Below are positions 56,081 through 64,000 of a stretch of 64,000 bases of DNA, piece by piece (position 1 is the first letter of the stretch; the number at the start of each line of letters is the position of its first letter). The position numbers and the translations under genes were made by a program. Source of the stretch: a virus (Duplodnaviria > Caudoviricetes). The notes under the pieces were generated by a model that saw nothing but the letters and a program-made list of their open reading frames with translations, was not told the DNA's origin and did no database searches. The stretch lies in the IMG/VR virus record IMGVR_UViG_3300024346_000005; one strand, written 5' to 3'.

Positions 56081-58927
56081 ATGGCGGACAATAAAACTAT
56101 ACAGAAAATATTTTCTTTGAGTGATTTTCGCAAGAAGCAGTTACTGGGCGAAGTTCCTGAGAGAACCAGAGAGACTTATAGGGAATATGGGTATTTTCTA
56201 GGAATTGGTGGACCATTAAATAGACTTGATTACTCAAACGATACAACAACTACAAATAGAAGAACATCAGTAAATCAATATTTTAGTGGTGGGGCAGGCA
56301 ATTCTAATTTTGGATATATTATGGGAGGTAATAAATCTGGATTTAATTATATAACGGATATTAAACGTATTGATTATTCTAATGATACTAATATTTTATC
56401 TAGGGGGGGTTTAACAATTGGAAGATCCTATACAGGAGCAACAGGAAACTCTAACTTTGGATATATTGCGGGGGGAATTACTAGTGCTACACCTGCATAT
56501 ATTTCTACCACAGAAAGAATAAATTATTCCAATGATAATACCACAGCATCAATTAGAGGTCCTTTAACAATATCAAGAGGTATACTTGCAACAGGAAACT
56601 CCAACTTTGGTTATTTTGGTGGGAGCGGACAAGCCCCATCTGGAGGATCTACAGTAGACCGTATAGATTATTCTAATGATAGTGCAACAGCATTATCTAG
56701 AGGTAATATACAAAATTCTAGTTTTAGTTTTAGTGCGACTGGAAATAATAATTTTGGATATTTTTTAACAGGTTGGGGAACATCTTCATCACATCGTTTA
56801 AATTATGCTAATGATACTGCATTATTATCAATTAGAGGATCTTTAAGTTTTCCAAAATTTTGGTGGCCTGGTTCTACAGGAAATTCTAATTTTGGTTACT
56901 CTGTTGGGGGATCTACTACAAGTTCTCAAGGTCAAGCAGTTTCTACTGTTGATAGAATAGATTATAGCAATGATTTAGTAACCGCTTCTGTTCGTGGACC
57001 ATTATCAAATGTTGATCTTACAATTGCAGCAACCTCCTCTGCATCTTTCGGTGGTGCTAAAAACTCTGCCTTCGCATCAAACCTCACATTCCCAACCGTC
57101 CCAAATGCTGGGTATTTTGGTGGTGGAACCGATGGAACGAATAGTCTTGCAACAATTGATAAGGTAGATTATGCGAATGATACAGCAACTGCAAGTGTTC
57201 GAAGTTCTTTGAGTAGCGCAAAGATTTATGTAAAAAGTGTTAGTAATAATAATTTTGGATATTATAATGGGGCAACTGCATATCCAGCAACTTCAAGCAC
57301 TATCGATAGAATTGAATTTTCATCGGACACTCAAAATACAGTTGTTAGAGGACCATTAAGTATAGCAAGAAATAGAGGTGCTGCAACTGGTAATTCTAAC
57401 TTTGGGTATTTTGGGGGTGGTTATGCTCCAGGAAATAGTTCTACAATAGATCGTATTGACTATTCAAATGATAGTGCAAATGCATCCAATAGATGTTTAT
57501 TGACACTAGCAAGAAGAGATTTTTCAGCAACAGGAAATCAAAACTTTGGTTACTTTGGTGGTGGGTTTTCAAGTGTCGTAGTTCCTGTTGTTGATAGACT
57601 TGACTATTCAAATGATACATTAAATACTTTGAGTAGAGGGGGTATAAATGCAAGATATGATAATATAGCAGTTGGAAATCAAAACTTTGGTTACTTTGGT
57701 GGAGGAACTCCTGGAGTATCTTCAGTAGATCGTTTAGATTATTCAAATGATACACAAACATCATCGGTACGAGGTCCATTGAGTTCTGGTAGAGGATCCT
57801 CTGCTGTAACTGGGAATAATAATTTTGGATATATTGGTGGAGGATTTACCCCTTCTGGATCACCAATTTATTACTCAACAACAGACCGCATCAACTACTC
57901 AAACGATACTGCAATCGCATCGGTGAGAGGACCACTACCAGTTGCTAAATCTTCTGGTGCAGCAACCTCTCCATTAGGATACGGAGGTGCTCCAATTTAC
58001 TTCACCAATCCACTTCCAGAGGTCTTCCAGAAGCAGATAGTATTTAATGATTCTAATACTTTAAGTTCCAATATGCCATTTAAGAGAGTATTAGGGTCTT
58101 ATGGGTATTTTAATGCTTGTGGTTCTAATGGACCTGTAACCACAATTATAAATCGCATAGATTACTCTAATGATACATCAATAGCATCGACAAGAGGCCC
58201 TCTAAGTATTGCAAGAAGATGGACAGTTGGTCTATCAAATCAAAATTTTGGGTATATTTCTGGAGGACAAGGTAGTACAAATATGGACCGCATAGATTAT
58301 TCAAATGATACTTCAAATGCAAGATTTTTAATAACCATTACTGGAGAACAAGGAGGAGGATTTTCAAATAATTTTTATGGATATGTTTTTGCAAATACTA
58401 GTTTATTTACTCGTCTAGATTTTTCAAATGATAGTGGATTAACTTTACAAAGAGGAAGAATGATAACCACTAGAAATACCAGTGGTTGTACTTCTACAGA
58501 CTTTTTTGCTTATATTTCTGGAGATATTTCTAGAGTCGATAGAGTAAATTATTCTAACGATACTGCAACTGCTCTTGTAAGAGGAACACTTAATTTAGCT
58601 AGATATAATATATCTGCAACCGGAAACTCTAACTTTGGATATTTTGGTGGTGGATATAGTAATATATCTTCTGTAGAAAGAGTAGATTATTCAAATGATA
58701 CTGCATTAGCATCATTGCGAGGTAATTTTAATTTTGGTAGAAATGCCAATGCTGCTACTGGTAATCAATCTTATGGTTGGTTTAGTTCAGGACAACAAGG
58801 AGGAAATTATCCGTCTAGAGTGGAAAGAATAGATTTTTCTAACGATTTATCTTTGGCTTCTATTAGAGGTCCATTAACAAATTCTAGTTTTTTTGGGACA
58901 GCAACCACCAACGCAAGATCCTCATAA
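56081..58927 (+). CDS. Kelch-like repeat protein 3 (3 x 6 repeats)
   Basis: Same repeat; ends TTNARSS. Confidence 0.8.
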   Translation: MADNKTIQKIFSLSDFRKKQLLGEVPERTRETYREYGYFLGIGGPLNRLDYSNDTTTTNRRTSVNQYFSGGAGNSNFGYIMGGNKSGFNYITDIKRIDYSNDTNILSRGGLTIGRSYTGATGNSNFGYIAGGITSATPAYISTTERINYSNDNTTASIRGPLTISRGILATGNSNFGYFGGSGQAPSGGSTVDRIDYSNDSATALSRGNIQNSSFSFSATGNNNFGYFLTGWGTSSSHRLNYANDTALLSIRGSLSFPKFWWPGSTGNSNFGYSVGGSTTSSQGQAVSTVDRIDYSNDLVTASVRGPLSNVDLTIAATSSASFGGAKNSAFASNLTFPTVPNAGYFGGGTDGTNSLATIDKVDYANDTATASVRSSLSSAKIYVKSVSNNNFGYYNGATAYPATSSTIDRIEFSSDTQNTVVRGPLSIARNRGAATGNSNFGYFGGGYAPGNSSTIDRIDYSNDSANASNRCLLTLARRDFSATGNQNFGYFGGGFSSVVVPVVDRLDYSNDTLNTLSRGGINARYDNIAVGNQNFGYFGGGTPGVSSVDRLDYSNDTQTSSVRGPLSSGRGSSAVTGNNNFGYIGGGFTPSGSPIYYSTTDRINYSNDTAIASVRGPLPVAKSSGAATSPLGYGGAPIYFTNPLPEVFQKQIVFNDSNTLSSNMPFKRVLGSYGYFNACGSNGPVTTIINRIDYSNDTSIASTRGPLSIARRWTVGLSNQNFGYISGGQGSTNMDRIDYSNDTSNARFLITITGEQGGGFSNNFYGYVFANTSLFTRLDFSNDSGLTLQRGRMITTRNTSGCTSTDFFAYISGDISRVDRVNYSNDTATALVRGTLNLARYNISATGNSNFGYFGGGYSNISSVERVDYSNDTALASLRGNFNFGRNANAATGNQSYGWFSSGQQGGNYPSRVERIDFSNDLSLASIRGPLTNSSFFGTATTNARSS

Positions 58928-58951
58928 ATACTACGAACAACTCATATCATT

Positions 58952-59626
58952 ATGAATTTATTATCAAACATCTTGATTGAACCACAAGTCCTCACACAAG
59001 AAGCACTACAAGAACTTCAAGAACACGCAAGAAACTCAAGCACAACTGATCTATCAGTCTTTGACCCAGACAAAACCAATGAAACAGGTGAGACTTCTTG
59101 GATTGTTGATAAAAATATAAGAGACACACAAATCATTGAGTTTGGTCCTTTGTTTCCAAAGATTGAAGATCTTTTTAAGAACCTTGTAAGAAACATTATT
59201 AATCCTTTTTATGGTATTGAAGTGTGGGATAGTGAAGTTCCACAATTTTTGAGGTATGGTGTAGGAGGTCATTATGCACCTCATATTGATGGTAGGTCTA
59301 TATGGGTTGCTCCAAATGGTGATAAGATTTGGAGAAAATCAACAGACAGATCATTATCCATAGTACTTTTTTGTAATGATGGAAACGGTAAAGATTTTGA
59401 TGGTGGAAACTTTATGTTCCCTGAACTTGGTATAGAAGTTCCACCAAAAGCAGGGACACTTGTGTGTTTTCCATCAGATCAAAACTATTTGCACGGCGTT
59501 CGGGAAGTTACTAAAATTCATAATGAAGTTGGAAGATTGGCAATTGTATCGTGGGCTAGAGTTAAAGGAGAAAGAACAAAAGAAGAAGAAGATCAAGAAC
59601 TTTTAGAAACTTATGGAGTTAACTAA
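58952..59626 (+). CDS. prolyl-4-hydroxylase-like 2OG-Fe(II) oxygenase
   Basis: GHYAPHID (HxD), LSIVLF, FDGGNF, GTLVCFPS...LHGV...R. Confidence 0.88.
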   Translation: MNLLSNILIEPQVLTQEALQELQEHARNSSTTDLSVFDPDKTNETGETSWIVDKNIRDTQIIEFGPLFPKIEDLFKNLVRNIINPFYGIEVWDSEVPQFLRYGVGGHYAPHIDGRSIWVAPNGDKIWRKSTDRSLSIVLFCNDGNGKDFDGGNFMFPELGIEVPPKAGTLVCFPSDQNYLHGVREVTKIHNEVGRLAIVSWARVKGERTKEEEDQELLETYGVN

Positions 59627-59656
59627 ATAATACAAAGATCTTATAAGTTTAGAGAA

Positions 59657-60202
59657 ATGCAATACTTAAAGCATTATTGGGTTCGTAATGGAGAATATCT
59701 AACTGAACCAGGTCAAAATGGTCCTCTACAAAGTCATTCAAATATTTCAGGATTGGATGTTCGTTATTGGTTGACTGATGATCGTGGAGTTGATTATTGC
59801 CTTTCAACGGTTCCAGATAATACTCTAATCACCGAAGTTGATCCTGGTCTTGAGATTCTTACCAGAGAAGAATGGGATGCAATCGTTGCAACCATTCCTG
59901 CACCAGAACCTCAACCACAACCACCCGGTAGTCCTGATTGGAATACATTTAAGCAATCTGCTGTTGCTTCTGTTCTACTCAATACCTTTGTTGGACAATT
60001 AATTAGTATTGCACCTGTTGCCGCAACGGCACTTCCTGCAACTCTACTTCTTATTGAATCTGGAAACTATCAAGATTTTGAGAATACTTGGACCGCAATT
60101 GAAAACGCAACCACAGTTCCAACCGAACTAATTGCCGAATTCACAACTCTTGCAGAGTCTTGTAATCTGCCAGAAGACTTTGTAAATATTTTTGCTACTT
60201 GA
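59657..60202 (+). CDS. hypothetical protein with a Pro-rich linker
   Basis: ORF track; PAPEPQPQPPGSP. Confidence 0.65.
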   Translation: MQYLKHYWVRNGEYLTEPGQNGPLQSHSNISGLDVRYWLTDDRGVDYCLSTVPDNTLITEVDPGLEILTREEWDAIVATIPAPEPQPQPPGSPDWNTFKQSAVASVLLNTFVGQLISIAPVAATALPATLLLIESGNYQDFENTWTAIENATTVPTELIAEFTTLAESCNLPEDFVNIFAT

Positions 60203-60227
60203 CACCTGACTCAAAATCCCTTATAAT
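60199..60227 (+). promoter_or_regulatory. consensus early promoter
   Basis: TTGACA, 17 nt, TATAAT. Confidence 0.8.
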
Positions 60228-60230
60228 ATA

Positions 60231-60330
60231 AAGGTCTTCAGCATTCCTTGTATCTTTGGGAATGAAGACCCTTTCTGTGGTGAGAAAGGTAAGGTGGTAT
60301 CATAGGAGGAGAGAAATCTCCTCTTTTTTC
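60231..60330 (+). ncRNA. candidate small RNA bounded by a promoter and a terminator
   Basis: GGTCTT/AAGACC plus CATTCC/GGAATG hairpin, CTTTC/GAAAG hairpin, terminator AGGAGGAG/CTCCTCTT plus T run. Confidence 0.45.
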
Positions 60331-60361
60331 TTATATAAATTATTACAGATATTAAACAATT

Positions 60362-60598
60362 ATGAACTTTACCATATATTCTAAGGATGATTGTCCTTTC
60401 TGCTATAAAGTTAAACAAGTTTTAGAGTTGACAGGAAATAACTTTGTGGTGTATAATCTTAATAAGGATTTCACCAGAGAAGAGTTCTATGCCGAGTTTG
60501 GAGAAGATTCCACATTTCCACAGGTTATTTGTGACGACAAGAGATTGGGCGGTTGCACTGACACCGTTAAGTTTCTGAAGGAACAGCAAATGGTATAA
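60362..60598 (+). CDS. glutaredoxin
   Basis: YSKDDCPFC, TFPQV, LGGCTD. Confidence 0.92.
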   Translation: MNFTIYSKDDCPFCYKVKQVLELTGNNFVVYNLNKDFTREEFYAEFGEDSTFPQVICDDKRLGGCTDTVKFLKEQQMV

Positions 60599-60774
60599 TG
60601 TCAGACATAAATAATGATATAACACCGAACCGTGGTGTAGAACTTATACTTACTGGAGGAAAAAGAAAACAACCTAAACTTTTTCATCTTATATTTGAGA
60701 AGATGATTTCATTCTTCAAACGAGAAGTAACCATCTATCTTGAATTTTCGATAAAGTCAAGGAAAGTCGAGTAG
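60598..60774 (+). CDS. small hypothetical protein (58 aa)
   Basis: Manually translated; TAATG-coupled to glutaredoxin. Confidence 0.55.
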   Translation: MSDINNDITPNRGVELILTGGKRKQPKLFHLIFEKMISFFKREVTIYLEFSIKSRKVE

Positions 60775-60791
60775 TTTCCCAGGAGAAAAAA

Positions 60792-61037
60792 ATGTTGGCA
60801 ACTAGTTTAGTTATAGGTTCATTCTTAACCGTACTATTTTTTATAATGGGTCTCATGTTGGGTTGGGTCGGCAGAGAATATATGATGACTCATCAGGAAG
60901 GACCAAAGCAAATTGCCTATCATCCAGAGTTTTATAATAAGGATGGCGATCTTATTGACGAAGAAATCGTTTCCGTAAGATTTGAACCAGGATACTTTGA
61001 TGGTATTGATGATGAAGATGATGATGAAGAAGAATAA
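60792..61037 (+). CDS. small membrane protein with an acidic tail
   Basis: N-terminal TM helix, HPEFYNKDGDL; AGGAG RBS. Confidence 0.75.
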   Translation: MLATSLVIGSFLTVLFFIMGLMLGWVGREYMMTHQEGPKQIAYHPEFYNKDGDLIDEEIVSVRFEPGYFDGIDDEDDDEEE

Positions 61038-61079
61038 ACTCTAAATATCATTAAGATTATAATTACATATTAAACAATT

Positions 61080-61655
61080 ATGACAGCGACAAAAACAAAA
61101 GCAAAAACAACTCCAGCGGTAAGTATTGATTTGCCAGCAAATCCTTTTACCTTTGAGGTTCTGAATTTAGTATCTAAGCAAAGAACCAATATTAAAAAAG
61201 TTGAAGTTCTACAAAAATATAATGACCCATCACTCAGGGCAATTTTTATCTGGAACTTTGATGAAAGTTTGACATCTGCTCTTCCAGTAGGTATTGTTCC
61301 TTATTCAAGTGTGGGAGAGCAAGGTTCATTTAGTGGAACCCTGAGTGAGAAGATTGATGATGCCGTAGGGAAAATGAGTGAACTTGGTTCCAATTCACTT
61401 GGATCACAAGATCAGGGTTTTTCATCAATTCGCAAAGAATATTCAAAGTTTTATAATTTTATTAAGGGTGGTAATGATAGTCTGAGTTCTCTTCGTAGAG
61501 AAACTATGTTTATTAATGTTCTACAAGGTCTTCATCCTTTAGAAGCAGAGATTCTGTGTTTGGTAAAAGATAAAAAACTTGAGACGAAATATAAAATTAC
61601 AAAAGAACTTGTTTCTCAGGCATACCCAGAAATTGTATGGGGAGGTCGTTCGTGA
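61080..61655 (+). CDS. conserved T4-like hypothetical protein
   Basis: RRETMFINVLQGLHPLEAEIL. Confidence 0.75.
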   Translation: MTATKTKAKTTPAVSIDLPANPFTFEVLNLVSKQRTNIKKVEVLQKYNDPSLRAIFIWNFDESLTSALPVGIVPYSSVGEQGSFSGTLSEKIDDAVGKMSELGSNSLGSQDQGFSSIRKEYSKFYNFIKGGNDSLSSLRRETMFINVLQGLHPLEAEILCLVKDKKLETKYKITKELVSQAYPEIVWGGRS

Positions 61656-61987
61656 GTAAAACTGTAGTAGTAGAGGAAGAAATTATGCAGTGGACTCCAG
61701 AAGAAAAAAAAGAAACTTCTTCTCGTTACGGTTGTGAAATTCTTTTTGAACGTACTAATCTTGCTCAAGTAAAAGATCCTTCTTTACCAAATGATGCTTA
61801 TCTAATTCTTTATCGTGTGGATGGTGAGACTCATGTAGACTTATGTCGTGGAACTAGAGTTAAAATCTTTGATATGTACTATGATAAGTTTGGACCCGGA
61901 TCGGTTCAAAAAATTGACTTTGGATACGGAAGAGTATCTCCTAGACTATGGGGATACAGGGCACCCGAAAAGAAAAGGCGAAAGTGA
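61637..61987 (+). CDS. hypothetical phage protein (start may be GTG 61652)
   Basis: IFDMYYDKFG...IDFGYG. Confidence 0.7.
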   Translation: MGRSFVSKTVVVEEEIMQWTPEEKKETSSRYGCEILFERTNLAQVKDPSLPNDAYLILYRVDGETHVDLCRGTRVKIFDMYYDKFGPGSVQKIDFGYGRVSPRLWGYRAPEKKRRK

Positions 61988-62042
61988 TTTCCTAGAAAGG
62001 CGGAAAAAAATCCCCCAAAAAATTCACCCAAAAAGGGTTTTC

Positions 62043-62080
62043 AAGAGAGGATTGACAAGTCCTCTCTTTTTTTGTATAAT
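62043..62080 (+). terminator. terminator fused with a consensus promoter
   Basis: AAGAGAGGA/TCCTCTCTT hairpin with TTGACA (62052-62057) in the loop, T tract, TATAAT (62075-62080) at 17 nt. Confidence 0.8.
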
Positions 62081-62101
62081 GAATTCAAAATATCAATCTA
62101 A

Positions 62102-62245
62102 ATGGATACTGAAAGATTAAAACTCATTATTCGGAATATGGAATTGCTTTTAGATTCTCTCAAGGCAGAGATATATTCTGATATACCACAATACAAGTAT
62201 GATGACATTAAACCAGAGGAAATTGACTATGATGAGGTTTTTTAA
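62102..62245 (+). CDS. small hypothetical protein (47 aa)
   Basis: Manually translated MDTERLKLIIRNMELLLDSLKAEIYSD... Confidence 0.6.
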   Translation: MDTERLKLIIRNMELLLDSLKAEIYSDIPQYKYDDIKPEEIDYDEVF

Positions 62246-62248
62246 CTG

Positions 62249-62413
62249 ATGTCCGTAAGAGCAAAAAAACTTGTAAAACTACTAGAAAGATTGATTAGGC
62301 AAGATCACTTATATTCTAATGAAGAACTTAAGAAAATGAAATCACAACTGCGAGTTGTCAAAGAAGAACTTGCAGAATTAGAAGCAAAAACATCAAAAGG
62401 ATTTGGAAAATGA
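62249..62413 (+). CDS. small coiled-coil protein (54 aa)
   Basis: Manually translated; ends SKGFGK; ATGA overlap with thyX. Confidence 0.6.
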   Translation: MSVRAKKLVKLLERLIRQDHLYSNEELKKMKSQLRVVKEELAELEAKTSKGFGK

Positions 62414-63165
62414 AACCAATTAAAGCAAAAGACCTTCTTGAACTTGACCGTTATATGAAAGTTGTGATGATTCGTCAGACACAACTTCCACAGACTCTTG
62501 TTTATCAGGCAGGTAAGAATGATTATAGTGAAGACCCTATTCACACTAAGTTTCCTCCTGCGGAAAAGGAATGTGGCAAATGGGTAATTGAGCAACTTCT
62601 GGCAAATGAGAGAGGGCACTGGGGACCTCTAGAGCATCCTGCCATTTCTTTGGATTGCGTTGGGTTTGTTCATAATGTAATGGTTCAGGCACGAACTCAC
62701 CGTGTTGGAGTTTCTTTTGATGTTCAGTCTCAGCGTTATACCGGTCGTCGTGTATTGAAGGTTGCGACTGGTGACCTGAAACCCGAAGAGGTTTTCTATG
62801 TGCGTCCAGAAGGTCTCTATTTGGACCGTAAAGGGCACAAGTATGAATGGACGAAGGATGACTACGAAAGGCAACTAAAGTTCTGTCTGGCGGCATCTGA
62901 GAGGTATGCTGAGGGTTATAATACTCGTGGTATGGCAGAGGAACATCTTCGTGATTACCTTCCTCAGAATATCCGCCAGAACTTTGTGGTTTCGTTCTCT
63001 CTCCGTGCCGCACTTCACTTCCTTGACCTTCGTGCTAAACTTGATGCTCAGGTAGAAATTCAGGCATTATGTGAAGGTATGGTTCCAGTAATGAGAGAAT
63101 GGGTTCCAGAAATCTTTAGTTATTATGAGGAAAAGCGTCTACACAAAGCACGACTTTCTCCCTAA
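62410..63165 (+). CDS. thyX: FAD-dependent thymidylate synthase
   Basis: GHWGPLEH, QARTHRVGVSFDVQSQRY, HFLDLR...AQVEI. Confidence 0.93.
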   Translation: MKPIKAKDLLELDRYMKVVMIRQTQLPQTLVYQAGKNDYSEDPIHTKFPPAEKECGKWVIEQLLANERGHWGPLEHPAISLDCVGFVHNVMVQARTHRVGVSFDVQSQRYTGRRVLKVATGDLKPEEVFYVRPEGLYLDRKGHKYEWTKDDYERQLKFCLAASERYAEGYNTRGMAEEHLRDYLPQNIRQNFVVSFSLRAALHFLDLRAKLDAQVEIQALCEGMVPVMREWVPEIFSYYEEKRLHKARLSP

Positions 63166-63189
63166 ATATTTTGTAAATTATTATACCTA

Positions 63190-63429
63190 ATGCCTACTTA
63201 CAGATTTGAGAATACAGAAACAGGTGAAATCTTTGAGAAATGGATGCTTATGGCAGACAAAGACCCATATCTCAAAGAAAATACTCATATCAAACCTCTT
63301 ATACCAACACAAATGAATGTTGGTGAAGTGGGGGATTGGAGAAATAAACTAACCTCCAAACATCCTTCGTGGAATGATGTACTCGGACAAGCTCAGAAAA
63401 TGCCCGGTTCAACTGTAAAAAAACTTTAA
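63190..63429 (+). CDS. FmdB-like small hypothetical protein
   Basis: MPTYRFENTETGE. Confidence 0.7.
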   Translation: MPTYRFENTETGEIFEKWMLMADKDPYLKENTHIKPLIPTQMNVGEVGDWRNKLTSKHPSWNDVLGQAQKMPGSTVKKL

Positions 63430-63435
63430 ACACTT

Positions 63436-64000
63436 ATGGCAAGAAGAAAAAGAGCAGAGCAACAAAATGATGTTGGTCTTACCACTCGTCAAGCAAAGCG
63501 TAAAAAACCGTTAAGCGGTGAATATCTAGTAGATATTGACCCACTCACTGATAATCAGAAAAAACTTTTTGATTCTTATGCGGAACAAAAACATTTAGTT
63601 GCCTATGGGTGTGCCGGTACTGGTAAAACTTTTATTACTCTTTATAATGCTCTTCGTGAGGTTTTGGATGAAAAAACACCTTACGAAAAAATCTATCTTG
63701 TCCGTTCTTTAGTTGCCACAAGAGAAATTGGATTTCTTCCTGGTTCTTATGATGATAAGTCGGATATTTACCAAATTCCTTATAAGAATATGGTAAAGTA
63801 TATGTTCCAGATGCCTTCTGATGCTGAATTTGAGATGCTTTATGGCAATCTCAAGGCACAGGAAACCATTAAGTTCTGGAGTACTTCATTCCTCAGAGGA
63901 ACCACGCTTGATAATTCTATTATTATTGTGGATGAGTTCCAGAACGCAAATTTCCACGAATTATGTTCTATTATTACTCGTGTGGGTGAAAACTCCAAGA
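63436..64000 (+). CDS. phoH: PhoH-family ATPase (3'-truncated by the window end; absent from the ORF track)
   Basis: GCAGTGKT Walker A, REIGFLPG, LRGTTLDNSIIIVDEFQN. Confidence 0.93.
   Translation, partial: MARRKRAEQQNDVGLTTRQAKRKKPLSGEYLVDIDPLTDNQKKLFDSYAEQKHLVAYGCAGTGKTFITLYNALREVLDEKTPYEKIYLVRSLVATREIGFLPGSYDDKSDIYQIPYKNMVKYMFQMPSDAEFEMLYGNLKAQETIKFWSTSFLRGTTLDNSIIIVDEFQNANFHELCSIITRVGENSK

Noticed and set aside
41011-58927. Diversity-generating retroelement among the paralogous repeats
   Set aside because: No reverse transcriptase in the window, and differences between copies are not adenine-specific.

Overview
This 64 kb window is almost entirely + strand and comes from a large T4-like cyanomyovirus, as shown by psbA, hli, pstS, thyX, phoH, host-type TTGACA-17-TATAAT promoters and T4-type (A/C)TAAATA late promoters. 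In order it contains: (1) 0.4-5.8 kb, a tRNA cluster (Arg, Asn, Thr, Gly, Val, Ser, Pro) whose spacers hold folded non-coding elements, an HNH endonuclease, and porin, pstS and dps genes; (2) a manA-like ncRNA followed by a 14-gene glycan island at 6.7-19.1 kb (GT11, GT10, GT6, GT25, methyltransferases, HAD/nucleotidyltransferase); (3) two hli genes and a psbA split by three group I introns, the first carrying an HNH gene, followed by an F-CphI-like Endo VII gene; (4) 26-60 kb, virion/tail-fibre genes with large tandem repeats, and three paralogous 18-repeat Kelch-like proteins interleaved with glycosyltransferases, sulfotransferases and 2OG-Fe(II) oxygenases; (5) core genes grx, thyX and a partial phoH. 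The best candidates for something undescribed are the propeller-plus-modifier cassette array, the kissing-loop RNA and the tRNA-like RNA with a reduced anticodon arm in the tRNA cluster, and the triple-intron psbA with two near-identical ribozyme cores. Family names come from motif recognition by eye; no database search was run.
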